64,000 nucleotides of DNA. Origin: Halorutilales archaeon Cl-col2-1 (GTDB lineage Archaea; Halobacteriota; Halobacteria; Halobacteriales; Afararchaeaceae). Numbering within the stretch: the stretch's first letter is position 1; the number at the start of each line of letters is the position of its first letter. The notes beneath the pieces are model-generated. The model was not told the DNA's origin. It did no database searches and saw nothing but the letters and a program-made list of their open reading frames with translations. The stretch spans positions 1,280,001-1,344,000 of the forward strand of contig CP169074.1 in assembly GCA_041891055.1 (NCBI GenBank). Direction: 5' to 3'. A program made the translations under genes and the position numbers. Of the stretch, positions 20,404 to 31,600 are shown piece after piece.

Positions 20404-22043
20404 TCTTTAATAATTATTATTATCCCAAGTCCAATAAGAATTACTGGCGAATAAGTAAAAAATATAGACATAACTGGAGGTGAATCTATAAAAGCTGAGG
20501 AGAGTATATTTAAAACTATTCCGAGTAAGATAAGAAAAACCCCATATAAATAATTTATGGTAGTTTTTTCAGAATCATATAGATAATAATATCCTATGTT
20601 TGTAAAAAATAGACTTGCTATGTAAAATGCTAAAACAACGGTAGTAAATGATGAAAAAGAAATAGCTTTGCCTGTTTCAATTATAACTAACAGATCTGAC
20701 CCAAATGCAAGTGATATAAGCTGAAGGGAGAATCCAACAAAGATCCAAATATGCTCGTATTCAACAGATTGAGAGGTTTTACTTTTACTATGGGTTAATT
20801 GAACTGACCAAATTCCAATAATTATAAAAAAAGGCCATAGTAGTCCGAAAGCAATATTAATAGAATCAATATATCTAATTGGAGTTATGATAACATAAAT
20901 CACATGGAGAAAAAATGCAATAATAGATATAGCGTTAAATCCTGGCGGGCGTGTAATCAAATCCTTATTTGAGGCTGTATTCTTTCCATCCCATGTATCA
21001 AGATAATGAGGGAGACGATAAAGTTCTCTTATCCATGCCCAAATACCATAACCAATAGCAAAGAAAATTAGAACTCCACCACCAATTAGATTCCACATAG
21101 ATAACCAATCACGAATTGAAATTGAAGAATTAGAATTAATCAGACTTTCAGCTATATCATCTGAAACTAAATCAAAATATATGGATCCTGTAGAGAATAA
21201 AGCGACGGAGGAAATTATACCCAGAAAAATGAAAAATATCATATTCATTCCAATTGGGCCTCGTGTAGTATTTTCGATAGAGTCAATTAATACTTTTTCA
21301 AAGTCAAATTCAAAGTTCATTAATCGGTTACGGTTAGGTCCTACACTTAATCGAGGAAATAAACGATATGATATTGCCCATCCTAAGAATATAAAATCAG
21401 GAAGTGGATATGAAATCATAGAGATTAGTAATACTACGGCTGCTGCAAACGTGGGAATAAAATAAATAACAGAGGCAAAGGTGAGTAGCAAAGAAGAAGA
21501 ACCAACTATCTTAACCCAGTCTTCTTGATTAAGTTGAGATTTGAATTCCGAGTCCTCAGTTTCTTCTATAGTAAAATGAAGTCGGGTCAAGATTGCTTTA
21601 CCCTGTGGATCAAATAGATCCCAATCACGTACTCTTGATAGATATACAAGGAAAAGAAATCCCACAAATAAATAACTAATAAATAAATATCCTGGGTGAA
21701 GGGAAGAGGGTATGAAATTGGGGAGAGCATAACCGAGAAGATTACCGAATAAAACAGACCCAATAGTGAATATAATCCTAATTCCCGGTTTTTCGTTAGG
21801 AAAGGAAGGAATCTTATTACCAAGATAACTATAAGCCAAGGGTGCGAGATTGTAGAGGGCGACTGCAAACATAAACCAAGTAGTCAAAAGAGCCATTTCT
21901 GACGAGCCGAAAATCCCCCCTGTAATCGAAATAAGTGGAGCGATTAAATCCTCAGGAAGTCGAGTTACAATATCAAGAATTACTGATGCGCCAAGAACAT
22001 CATAACGTGAAGGAAGCCAAGATCTTAACCGCGTTATTTTCAT
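20385..22043 (-). CDS. Polytopic membrane protein of unknown function, very low GC; stop codon supplied by the IS5 end
   Basis: 552 aa with many hydrophobic segments; the last codons lie inside the IS terminus. Confidence 0.75.
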   Translation of the reverse strand: MKITRLRSWLPSRYDVLGASVILDIVTRLPEDLIAPLISITGGIFGSSEMALLTTWFMFAVALYNLAPLAYSYLGNKIPSFPNEKPGIRIIFTIGSVLFGNLLGYALPNFIPSSLHPGYLFISYLFVGFLFLVYLSRVRDWDLFDPQGKAILTRLHFTIEETEDSEFKSQLNQEDWVKIVGSSSLLLTFASVIYFIPTFAAAVVLLISMISYPLPDFIFLGWAISYRLFPRLSVGPNRNRLMNFEFDFEKVLIDSIENTTRGPIGMNMIFFIFLGIISSVALFSTGSIYFDLVSDDIAESLINSNSSISIRDWLSMWNLIGGGVLIFFAIGYGIWAWIRELYRLPHYLDTWDGKNTASNKDLITRPPGFNAISIIAFFLHVIYVIITPIRYIDSINIAFGLLWPFFIIIGIWSVQLTHSKSKTSQSVEYEHIWIFVGFSLQLISLAFGSDLLVIIETGKAISFSSFTTVVLAFYIASLFFTNIGYYYLYDSEKTTINYLYGVFLILLGIVLNILSSAFIDSPPVMSIFFTYSPVILIGLGIIIIIKEALVNH

Positions 22044-22293
22044 ACTCTATAATTCCCTCGTATTTCGGATAGTTAGGATTTATGGAAGTTAATTATAGAT
22101 GCTCCTACAAATTTAGTTCTGAGTGCATAGGGGAAGTTAGCGAGTAAATTTATCAGACTATTATCTCTAAATCCGTTTTCTATAGTAAATCGGGTAGAGA
22201 AACAGCTCAACACCCCATATAGGCATTAATACAAGAATATATCTATAGATAGAATCCGAAAGTACAATGTAAAAACGGGTATAGATACCGCTC

Positions 22294-22908
22294 ATGACTG
22301 AAGTCTGGCTGACTGAGAGTGAAATAGAAACTCTCGAACTTCAAGCCGACAAACTCAGAGATAGACTGATAATACAGCTCGGAGCCTACAGCGGTATGCG
22401 TATAGGTGAGGTTGTCTCTCTCCAGGTATCAGACTTAGGTCAAGAGACAGTCAACGGAGAACTAAGATATTTTGCTAAAGTCGAAGGGAAAAAGACTGAC
22501 CAAGATGCTGAAGGTGAGACTGAAAAAAAGATCCGTGAAGCATGGATTACACGTGATACCTGGAAAGACCTCCAGACCCATATAAACCAAGAGAATCTAA
22601 ACGGAGACGATTATGTCATGAACTCCCGGTATGGAGATGGTCTACACAAAGACAGTGCAAGAAAGATAGTCAAGAGGATAGCTGAGAAGGCTTACAATCA
22701 GACGGATAAAGAAAAGTTTCTCAATGTCAGTAGCCACGACCTGAGACGGTTCTTCGCCCACTACCTGGCTGAAGAACAGGGTATCAATATACGTGTGGTC
22801 ATGGATCTAGGGGGATGGGAGGATCTACAAACCTTCGTGAAGCATTATCTCGACAAGCCCAGCAAAAGAACAAAAGCTCGTGAATTAGAAGCCGCAGGAT
22901 GGAGATGA
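22294..22908 (+). CDS. Small Xer-like tyrosine recombinase (catalytic domain only)
   Basis: GMRIGE (R), GKK (K), SHDLRR (HxxR), GGW (H/W) and KHY (Y). Confidence 0.92.
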   Translation: MTEVWLTESEIETLELQADKLRDRLIIQLGAYSGMRIGEVVSLQVSDLGQETVNGELRYFAKVEGKKTDQDAEGETEKKIREAWITRDTWKDLQTHINQENLNGDDYVMNSRYGDGLHKDSARKIVKRIAEKAYNQTDKEKFLNVSSHDLRRFFAHYLAEEQGINIRVVMDLGGWEDLQTFVKHYLDKPSKRTKARELEAAGWR

Positions 22909-22930
22909 TTCCTATAGCTTCAACGCTATG

Positions 22931-22988
22931 CACTCCAAAGCGGGTGTGGTGGTGTCGGTGTTAAGCTGGGTCAGGTGACTCAGGTTAA
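22931..22988 (+). other. dif-like recombination site A with outer accessory box
   Basis: CACTCCAAAGCGGG (22931-22944), 16 bp, then TTAAGCTGGGT-CAGGTG-ACTCAGGTTAA (22961-22988), an 11-6-11 imperfect palindrome. Confidence 0.7.
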
Positions 22989-23069
22989 CAGTGATTGATT
23001 TACAATCCAAGCTAAAACTCAAATAGACAGCTTAGAGAAATATGTATACATTCTCATTACATTAGATTA

Positions 23070-23205
23070 GGCTTTGGTGGATCGGGCCAATATTACGACT
23101 CTATCAGTGAAGCAGGACATCTTAGACATACCATCAAAGATTTCCCGCTACCTTTCCTTTGAATTAGTGGTTTAATCGCGCGTAGTCCAGTGGTATATCA
23201 GAGCC
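23070..23205 (-). mobile_element. IS5 internal-deletion derivative (MITE-like)
   Basis: GGCTTTGGTGGATC end fused to the transposase start region (MSKMSCFTDRVVILA) and a degenerate left end; TA flanks both sides. Confidence 0.7.
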
Positions 23206-23262
23206 TATTTTTTGAATGATATTCCTGAGTTTCATCTCAAGAAAAGGAATTACTGAGAATTC

Positions 23263-23949
23263 CTAAGATAGCGATAATTCTACGTGTTCCTCAAGTTCGG
23301 ACTCACGTAGATGTTCTAATTGATCATCAGAAAGATTATTCAGCGCAAAGCGTTCTTCATTTAGAAGTCCTTTTACAATCTCTTCAAGCTCTGTACCCTC
23401 GTACGGGCCGAAGAGCTTTTCCTTTGCTTGATCATATGATTGGCGTACATCTGAGCCGTATTCTTGTGTATATGATCCCAGTTCTCGTATATTTTCTTCT
23501 TTATTATTATATATATCTTCTTTCCAATCCCAATTATTAAATAGGTCAGCAAGATCATCGAGTATCTCTTCGTCAACCTGTTCGAGTCTTTGATTGAGCT
23601 TTTTCATGCCAGATACTTGATCTGCCATATCTGATCGGATGTCCTGAATCTTAACATTAATTCTGTGACGCTCTTTTTCAATTTCCGTTTCAAGTTCATC
23701 TATTTCCTCCTCCATCTTCTCGAAATTATTTCTCTCTATATGCTTATTCATTTCCTGAACAGCCTGTTTTTTATCTTCATCTATTTCTATTTCAATTTCA
23801 AATATAGTTGAAGCAAGAACTCCCTGTAGTATAGTTTCCTCCATTATATTTGCTACTTCATTCAAACGGTCATTTAGTTCACTATGTCTATACTGTTTAT
23901 ATACTTGGTCAAGTTCTTCCTCAAACCCTTCATTTGACATAGTATTCAC
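23263..23949 (-). CDS. Coiled-coil protein, DpdI-like by position
   Basis: Helical heptad-rich 228 aa overlapping the end of the upstream ATPase gene, as dpdI follows dpdH. Confidence 0.6.
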   Translation of the reverse strand: MNTMSNEGFEEELDQVYKQYRHSELNDRLNEVANIMEETILQGVLASTIFEIEIEIDEDKKQAVQEMNKHIERNNFEKMEEEIDELETEIEKERHRINVKIQDIRSDMADQVSGMKKLNQRLEQVDEEILDDLADLFNNWDWKEDIYNNKEENIRELGSYTQEYGSDVRQSYDQAKEKLFGPYEGTELEEIVKGLLNEERFALNNLSDDQLEHLRESELEEHVELSLS

Positions 23950-26866
23950 TCACCTCCTTGAAATTCTCCCCTATTTTACTATCCTGACTACTACCTACCA
24001 AAGGAACTGAACGGAATTGATGTACTATACTCATATTATCTAATTTGAGGCTTATGAGAGCCGCGGCAATACTCTGGAATTCATCTTCTTTCCAGAGTTC
24101 GTTTGCTATTTCGGCTGCTTCCTCTACTTCCCTTACATCTTCGTTAGTGTATTCGCATAGCTTACCTAACTCTTCGAGGAAGTCAGTGTTCACGCTATCA
24201 TAGACTTTCAGATTTTCGTATTTGGAACCTACTTCATTCATGTCTGTACCAGCAATCACGTCATTTACGTAGCTAATAACATCGTAATTGAATCCATGAT
24301 CAACCACATCGTCTAATGTTTGCCGAACATCATACATATTGTCAGCAAAGTCTTTCACATTGTGTCCTTTATCGAACCGAAGCCGGGAATCGATATTTTG
24401 TATCTGACCTCTGCCTAACTTGTCTAGAACTTCATAAGGCGGATTAGCTTGTAGACGGCGTCGTACGGCTGGTACGTCAAGTGAGCTCGCAGACACACCA
24501 AACATCTCTCTAACAAGTGACTCGACGTATTCTGCGTCCTGCATAAGCGTCTCAAATACCGAGTAACTACCTATATCAAGAACGTCTTTGAGTGGAGACG
24601 TGAGTCGGCGATCAACTGAGAAGCTTTTGTCATCCCGGAAACGTTCGTTCAGGTCTTCCGCAGAGAGAGGTCTGACAGGGTCATCAAGAAGACAAAGCGT
24701 AGCATAGGACGCTAACAGTAGGTCTGAGAATTCGTACCTAGCATCCCGCTTGTATATCCGATCATCTTTCTCAAGCTGTGTTTCAAAAATACGTCGACGC
24801 CACCCCTTAGAGTATCCAGCTAACTGAACACCTATTCTCTTGTACTGACTCTCGTAATCAGCACTCCGCGGCTCCTCATGGCGTCGAACCCCGAACTCAG
24901 CCAGCTGGCGTAGGTCAGATCTCCGAAAGTCCTTTCTACTAATTACGATCTGATCCTCTTCCGGAGCCTCATTCGAGTCCGAATACACGAAGGGATCCTT
25001 CTGACTGCTAAGCTTATAAAGCAGGTCACCACCTTCGTAGAGCTTGAATCCATCCGTTAGTTCTTTTATAAGATCCCTGAGACCTCTCCGAATGTACATA
25101 TTTGTATCCGGATATTTATCGGGATTCTCTATCCAAGAGTCGACTTCGTCTTTTGCCGTTCGTATCTTTTTCTGTAGGGGATCTGTACCGACAATTATCT
25201 CCCCGCAGTCACCACAAACAACGTTACCGTTACTCTTCGTTTGTATGTTCGAGGAACCGCAAGCAGGGCAGGTGTCTCCATTTCCTCCTCCACCGTTATC
25301 AACCTCTTCTTTATCAATTAGCACGTAATCGTCATCAAACGTAATTTCCTCCGGTAGATCTTCCGTTTCAAACCCAAATGCTTCGACGAACTTTCTATTG
25401 ATCGCCACTTGGCTTCCCCGTTCCTCTCCGTACCACTTCGCCAAATCAGCATACTCTTCCGCTTCGTCGTATACGATATCGGCTACGGATACCGTGTTCC
25501 GTATCCTTTCCCTGAGTACTCCGGCACTTGACGGTGCCTGTGCACTCCCGTAGTGGAACTCATCGAGTATGTCAAATACAGCAATCACGTACTCTCTGGG
25601 TGACTTTTGATCTTCTTCAAGACCAGAGTAGACTCGTCTCAGGAACTGCTCGTTGAACGGATATAGATCACGAAAATCGTCGTCACAGAAACCGCACTTC
25701 GCACAGATTGAGTCCGAAGGGGCATCCTTCAGATTGTAATCCCAACCTTCACGATCATACTGCACACTTCCATCATGTGATTTTATATAGCCAAGGTAGG
25801 GTCGGATAAAGTCAACCGAGGTTTCCTCGTCGAGAAAAAGCACACTGTTGGAATCCTTCTTGTTAGTCTGAAAGAACATAAACCGATCCTCTGAAGTCTG
25901 AGTATGTAATACCTTCGTGGAATCACGTGTACCTGCAACGATGAAATCCCAGTTATCAGACTCCTTGTCACGCTCCATGTAATTGGAGAGTCTTTTTGCT
26001 TCAACAGCAGCTATAGAGAAATCCTCAAATACTATCACAGGACGGGTGTCTTTGAATCTATTTCCCACTTTCTCAAGAATACTATCAAGTGAGGCTGTTT
26101 CGTAACGATCGCGTATTTCCCTCCAGAGCTCGTTGTTGAACTCCTGCGTGGCTTCTTCAATATCTACTGAACCGGCGAAAATCTGGAGAAAGTCCTCCTG
26201 TTCCATCTCCTCTTCTCTGATAAACCTAACCTTCTTGTCATACTCACCGCGTTCCATGAACTGATTGACTAACTTTTCCGCAACAAGATTGCTTATCTTG
26301 TTTCTTTGCTCCGAAGACTCCTCAACATTATATCCCCGCCTACGTAAATTAAGAATCGCACCTGACGTGGCGTTGGTGGCTACAGTCTCCGGATTTTTCT
26401 CAATGTCCTCACGAAGATTCTTGAACTTTTGTGCCCCAGGAAGTTCCTCTCCGAAATGCTCTTCGTAGAACTCCGGTATGCGTTCAGAGAGTATAGTCAT
26501 CAAGTCATCGTTCTTATCAATATGAAGTATGGGGCGATCATCACGGCGTAGACGATGAGTAAGATATGCACACAGTTCGGATTTCCCGGTTCCTACTTCT
26601 CCCTCAATTACAACAACGAAGTTTCCTTCTACCCTGTCCTCAGAAAACTGACGGTAGATACGATCCTCATCCCAGACTGGCAAGCCTTCCGAAGCTGTCC
26701 CACGGAAGACTTCCATAGGACGGTGGGTGAAGGAAAACAGGTCGTACTCTTCGGATCTAACGGCTGCTACTTTACTAAAGAGGCGTTCCAGAGTCTTGTC
26801 GTCAATCTCTTCAAAGTGAGGGCATTCCCCTAACTCATTCTCTGCCGGGTTCTTGTACATACTCAT
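23930..26866 (-). CDS. Large P-loop ATPase, DpdH-like, with internal Zn ribbons
   Basis: Walker A GEVGTGKS, Walker B VIVFED, CAKC and CPAC..CGDC; 978 aa. Confidence 0.75.
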   Translation of the reverse strand: MSMYKNPAENELGECPHFEEIDDKTLERLFSKVAAVRSEEYDLFSFTHRPMEVFRGTASEGLPVWDEDRIYRQFSEDRVEGNFVVVIEGEVGTGKSELCAYLTHRLRRDDRPILHIDKNDDLMTILSERIPEFYEEHFGEELPGAQKFKNLREDIEKNPETVATNATSGAILNLRRRGYNVEESSEQRNKISNLVAEKLVNQFMERGEYDKKVRFIREEEMEQEDFLQIFAGSVDIEEATQEFNNELWREIRDRYETASLDSILEKVGNRFKDTRPVIVFEDFSIAAVEAKRLSNYMERDKESDNWDFIVAGTRDSTKVLHTQTSEDRFMFFQTNKKDSNSVLFLDEETSVDFIRPYLGYIKSHDGSVQYDREGWDYNLKDAPSDSICAKCGFCDDDFRDLYPFNEQFLRRVYSGLEEDQKSPREYVIAVFDILDEFHYGSAQAPSSAGVLRERIRNTVSVADIVYDEAEEYADLAKWYGEERGSQVAINRKFVEAFGFETEDLPEEITFDDDYVLIDKEEVDNGGGGNGDTCPACGSSNIQTKSNGNVVCGDCGEIIVGTDPLQKKIRTAKDEVDSWIENPDKYPDTNMYIRRGLRDLIKELTDGFKLYEGGDLLYKLSSQKDPFVYSDSNEAPEEDQIVISRKDFRRSDLRQLAEFGVRRHEEPRSADYESQYKRIGVQLAGYSKGWRRRIFETQLEKDDRIYKRDARYEFSDLLLASYATLCLLDDPVRPLSAEDLNERFRDDKSFSVDRRLTSPLKDVLDIGSYSVFETLMQDAEYVESLVREMFGVSASSLDVPAVRRRLQANPPYEVLDKLGRGQIQNIDSRLRFDKGHNVKDFADNMYDVRQTLDDVVDHGFNYDVISYVNDVIAGTDMNEVGSKYENLKVYDSVNTDFLEELGKLCEYTNEDVREVEEAAEIANELWKEDEFQSIAAALISLKLDNMSIVHQFRSVPLVGSSQDSKIGENFKEVSEYYVK

Positions 26867-27687
26867 GAAATCACCTCTATTGAGTTAGCTTCAGTATCAA
26901 TCCCAGGTTGAGATGGGACACCTTGGAGACCAACCGCCGCGGCATCACCCACCTCAACTATCCTGATACGTTCATCTGCCACGAGATTGAAAAGCACCCG
27001 TGAGAGTGGTTCCGGGATCTCACCGTCGTCCGTCATCTCAACAAGTAGAAGGTTCTGGTTAAGCCACCTGATGTAGTCGCGTATTTCCATCGGAGAGGTG
27101 TTAGTGTTCCTTGAGGCGAGAATTATGGATTGGTATATCATCTCTTCATCAGGATACACGATATGCCTCTTCCCTTGAGCCTTATAAACCAACCCCAGGA
27201 AATCAGCTATCCGCGTCCAGTTGACCAGCTTCGGCTGATTCATATCTATGACACCTTGCTGTGATCTAGGTTCGTATCCCTTGTCTCTCGCAAAACTATT
27301 CATCTCTCTGTAGATACGCTCACTATCGGACTCAAATGTCTGTACATTTTTCTGGAGGAGATACTGGTAGTTGAGAAGAACCACCGACTGCTTACCCCAA
27401 TTACCACGATCAGCGTCATTTGCGAGCTCATGTAGAACCGCCATACGGAAATTGAGATCGTCATTACCTGTATCCCATGGGTAATTTACTGTATAGTAGT
27501 CTGGTTCTTCTCTTCCAATTAGACCGATTTCCTGAAGACCAGAAATTCCTTGCTTGAGAAGGCTTTCCGATAGGTCAGTATCATCAAGTATCTTTTCTTT
27601 AGTAGTATTCCCTCTCCGAATGGATTTGTATACTACACGTAATGGTCCCGGTGTCTGTACCGTATTGAGTATGTATCCTTCACTCAT
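26863..27687 (-). CDS. Winged-helix-type protein, DpdG-like by size and position
   Basis: N-terminal wHTH-like segment (GLQEIGLI), KLVNWTRIADFLGL; coupled to the ATPase gene. Confidence 0.55.
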   Translation of the reverse strand: MSEGYILNTVQTPGPLRVVYKSIRRGNTTKEKILDDTDLSESLLKQGISGLQEIGLIGREEPDYYTVNYPWDTGNDDLNFRMAVLHELANDADRGNWGKQSVVLLNYQYLLQKNVQTFESDSERIYREMNSFARDKGYEPRSQQGVIDMNQPKLVNWTRIADFLGLVYKAQGKRHIVYPDEEMIYQSIILASRNTNTSPMEIRDYIRWLNQNLLLVEMTDDGEIPEPLSRVLFNLVADERIRIVEVGDAAAVGLQGVPSQPGIDTEANSIEVIS

Positions 27688-28618
27688 AGTCGTAATTTAA
27701 CCATTTGTAGTATTTCGCATCTATCTTGCTCCTTTCAGGGTTTAAGTCTTCTGCGGCTTCTCTCGCGTCTATCTTTGAGGAGTCGTTTACTGCATAGGCA
27801 TAGTCGAAAGTTGGGACATCTTTTAAAGCAGCTCTGTTCAGCTTGCGTGCCATACTGACACTCTCCTTCCTGTCCCATTCAATCCTTCTTCTTAGCCATC
27901 CACCCAAAGCTTCTACCTTCTCATCGGTTTCCAGAGGACCGCTACCTTGGGATTTAGGATTGTCGAATATGTCACAAAATACGTGATATAGAGGGAGATA
28001 TGGGTTATCCGGGAGAATTTCAAACAGATCTCGTGTCTCCTCAACTCTCTTTCCTTCTACAAGTTTATAGAGATTCGCGTTATCCTGTAAGAACAGATTC
28101 TTGGTGTCTTGAAGAAGAAGCTGCCAACCCTTCTGCCTGTAGTCTTCTTCAATACTCTTGTATACTCTTTCGTATGCACCGATTGAGTTCACGAACTGTT
28201 CATGACGGAGAGGACGATGGCCCTCGGTTGGCTCAAACATACGGTGATCCGAGACTACCACGAGCGTCCCGTTACTTGCTGTGTATCTATCTATTAGTCT
28301 TGTAATTGAGTACTTCGTCTGGTGTTCGTAATAACTCGTTGTTACGACACCGAGATCCTCTTCAGAGGGGTGTTTGAAGTTTTCGTCCCCGATAACGTGG
28401 TAGCCAACATCAGGGAACTCGTACTGCCTCCCTCCTTTGTCGTACTCTGAACTCTTTTTCAACTGTCTCCAAGAAGTTGGATACGTAAAGTCAGACAGTC
28501 CGATATACTGGAGAGCGGGTACCGACCTTAGCTTCCAGAAGTGAACGTTGCCCACAGGGTCATGAATAAACGCTACGTCCTTCGAATGAAGACGACGTTT
28601 GATATCTTCAAGAGTCAT
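27680..28618 (-). CDS. Hypothetical protein in the defence operon
   Basis: 312-aa ORF tightly coupled between the helicase and the DpdG-like gene. Confidence 0.75.
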   Translation of the reverse strand: MTLEDIKRRLHSKDVAFIHDPVGNVHFWKLRSVPALQYIGLSDFTYPTSWRQLKKSSEYDKGGRQYEFPDVGYHVIGDENFKHPSEEDLGVVTTSYYEHQTKYSITRLIDRYTASNGTLVVVSDHRMFEPTEGHRPLRHEQFVNSIGAYERVYKSIEEDYRQKGWQLLLQDTKNLFLQDNANLYKLVEGKRVEETRDLFEILPDNPYLPLYHVFCDIFDNPKSQGSGPLETDEKVEALGGWLRRRIEWDRKESVSMARKLNRAALKDVPTFDYAYAVNDSSKIDAREAAEDLNPERSKIDAKYYKWLNYDYE

Positions 28619-28622
28619 TAGG

Positions 28623-31600
28623 TTACTCCTCTATACCTGTTATTGCCGCGAGAGTGCGGTGATCTAGTAGATCATTTTCAAGGTAATGTGCAGGAGTACG
28701 TGAGATGAGAAGGCACTCATCACAGTAATCAACGCATCTTTCACAGTCGGCTATTTCTCGAACCTTTTCCTCTATATCTTCGAGGCTCTCGCGTACCTGC
28801 CAAGCTATTCCATTTCCTCCTTGGCGACTATCTACCAAGAACACCTTGACGGTATCTTCCGTAGTTTTTGTTTTAACACGGAAGTCCGACCTGTCGCACT
28901 CTGCAACAACGGCTACCGCCCTCTTCATAGCCTGCTCAATACTCGTCAACGCCTGTGACCACGACTTTGGTTCATGATCGGCTCTGTCGTACCTCTCTTC
29001 TACCTGTTCCTTGTCGAATGATATTATAGTTCCTTGAGTATGGTACTGCTGACCAACCGGACGGTACCGTTCTTTTTCAGTTTCCTCCAACTTGTCACGC
29101 CAAGACATATCTGTTTCAGAAGTACTCGATTCTTCGTCTTCTTCTATTAGGGCTTCGGAACGGTAGAGATCCATATCCGGGCTACTGGAATGGCCTCTTT
29201 CAAAAGCATAGACAAAATCAGTGAGTTCGTGCTGTCCGTACCCCACTTGGCAGTCGAGATCGAACAGCGTTGTCTCTTCAGTGGTACCCCCTTCGTTCTC
29301 AGCAATATATGTGGACATCTCGGCGTGAGTTCTCCACTCTGCTCGTCCTCCGCGTGCTTCCTTGCATTCGACGTTTGCGACTCCGTGGACATCTGTGGAC
29401 TCAAGCTCGGATCCGCAGTGGGGACAGATATCTTCGTCCGTATGGTAGGTTTGGAACCGACGATCGCATTCTTCGTTGTCGCATACCGCTACGCTCGTTA
29501 TCGGCTCAGGTGTGCCACGAACATCGTTAACGACGTAGTCGGTACCGTGGAGCTTAAGAACCGCTCCAAACTCGTTCTCCTGTCCTGGATACATATCGTA
29601 GAGACGCCCCCCTCTTTCGAAGGATATCTCATCATCCCTTCCGCTGAACTTTACAGGGAATGTCTGTCCGAAGTTACGGTAGTTTGCGAGGTATCCCAGC
29701 TTGCTCAGCCACTGATCAAGCCGGCTTGTGTTCTTCGTCAGCTCTCTGTTTGCCGTAGCGGAACTTGACATCGTGGATAGACTTCCGAATGTCTGATCAG
29801 TCCGCGTCGATAGAGACAGGTTTTCATCTTCAAAGAATATCTGTTCGAATACTTCGACCCCCCGTTCTCCGAATACGTCCTGTATGTGTTCGCGTAGAAC
29901 GCCTTCCATCTCATCGCGTATGAATCCGTTCAGGATACTAATGTGCTCCTGTACCGCGGAAACGAACTTAGCGAGGTTCTCCCTCTCTGGTTCAGGTATA
30001 GTATACATCCTCTGGAAGACATCTTCAGGGTGAGGGTTGCGAGCGAGATACGCAAATACTTCTGTGGTCACATGACCCGCCAGAAGCTCGTCGAAGTCAT
30101 ACGGATCAGGTATACGAACGGGTTCAAAGCTTCCGAGGTAGCTATCCAGATTTGCGTAATAATGTCCGTCCACAGGATGTTGTCCTCGGATAACTGTCAT
30201 GACCAATGACGAACTCCCGCGGGTTCTTCCTGTCCGACCGGAGCGTTGAACATAGTTGGTCAACGTCGGGGGTATTCCCACCTGTGCAACAGTATCTAGA
30301 GACCCTATGTCCACACCAAGCTCCATTGTTGGGGTGGAACTTACTATGTTAACATCCGGGTCCTCCTTCTTGAAGCCCTCCTCGATAGCTCCCCTCACCG
30401 TGTGCGGTATATTGCCTTTATGAATACCTACTGAGATAAACTCGGGAGAGCCACCACCTTGTATAGGCTGAGTTACGTCATGAGCCCAGTGATCGACCGC
30501 ATAGTCCCATCCGGATTCGACTTCGGCGTATCCTGGATCCGCTTGAAGGTTTCCGTTCTCGTCGCGTGTGAACCTTCTGTACGTTTTAAGCGGGGAACCG
30601 CATTCCTGACACTCGTTAATGCACCCGCCGGACGAAGTAGCCGGGTATGAGGAATAACACTCTTTACAAAATCCCACGTCAGGTAGGAGAACCAAATCCG
30701 AATCATCATTACGGATGTCACGTGTGAATATCCCGCTATCAGCTGGCTCATCAAGTATTCCCATCGACTCAACTGTTTCGCGGGCTGACTCAAGATAATC
30801 TCTCAGACTCTCACGCTTGACTTCATCGAGGTTCTGCGAAGATACCCTTTGTTTTACGTCGTCAAAGGGCATGATAGAAACGATACCAACCTCATGTAGA
30901 TCAGATATTACGTCGTCTATAACCCTCTCTACCATCTCCTCTGATACGTTAACCCTCTTGTCTATACGGTCAACCAGCTTCGACCTCGTCAAACCGTTGA
31001 ACCCAACTCCTTCTTTTGTAAACGAGGCTTTCTGAAGCGCGAAGAGCTTGTACACCTCATGTGCCACAACAAGCTCAAGCGGATCGGAACGTTCTGCAAC
31101 TACGTTAGCTGTGACTAACGCACTGTCGAGTAGGTTCTCACAGTTCGATAGACCTGCGTGTCCCCTGACAGTTTCCAACATCGGTCGGAGGAAGTTATAC
31201 GCCTCAGACTCCTCGTCTATCTCGTTCTGTACGAGTGGATCCCAGTACTCCTCTTGGAGTTTAGTGGCGACATTAGTATACACCTCATAGTTTTCCGCTT
31301 GACCTCCGTTTTCGATTATCTCCTGCAGGTACAGGGTCTGAGCCATCAGGCTGTACTCAGTATCTATTATTTTGTCCCCGACGCTTTCTGCGGCGCTATG
31401 TGAGTCGGAGAAGACAAGCGTCTTTTTCGAAGGAGTTTCCCTGCAGACCTCCGTTAGCATATACGACAACAGAGAGGATGTCGGAACACCAACATCGGAT
31501 AGACGAGGAGAGTTGCTACAGCCGGGGCAGTCGCTCTCCGATCCGTGTCTGTTCGACCGTGCAGGAGTAAACTGAGACCCATCGTTGTCCTCGGTTTTTA

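Noticed and set aside
22931-22950. Origin recognition box (ORB)
   Set aside because: It lacks the GAAAC core, no orc1/cdc6 gene is in the window, and the fixed spacing to dif-like cores fits an accessory site better.
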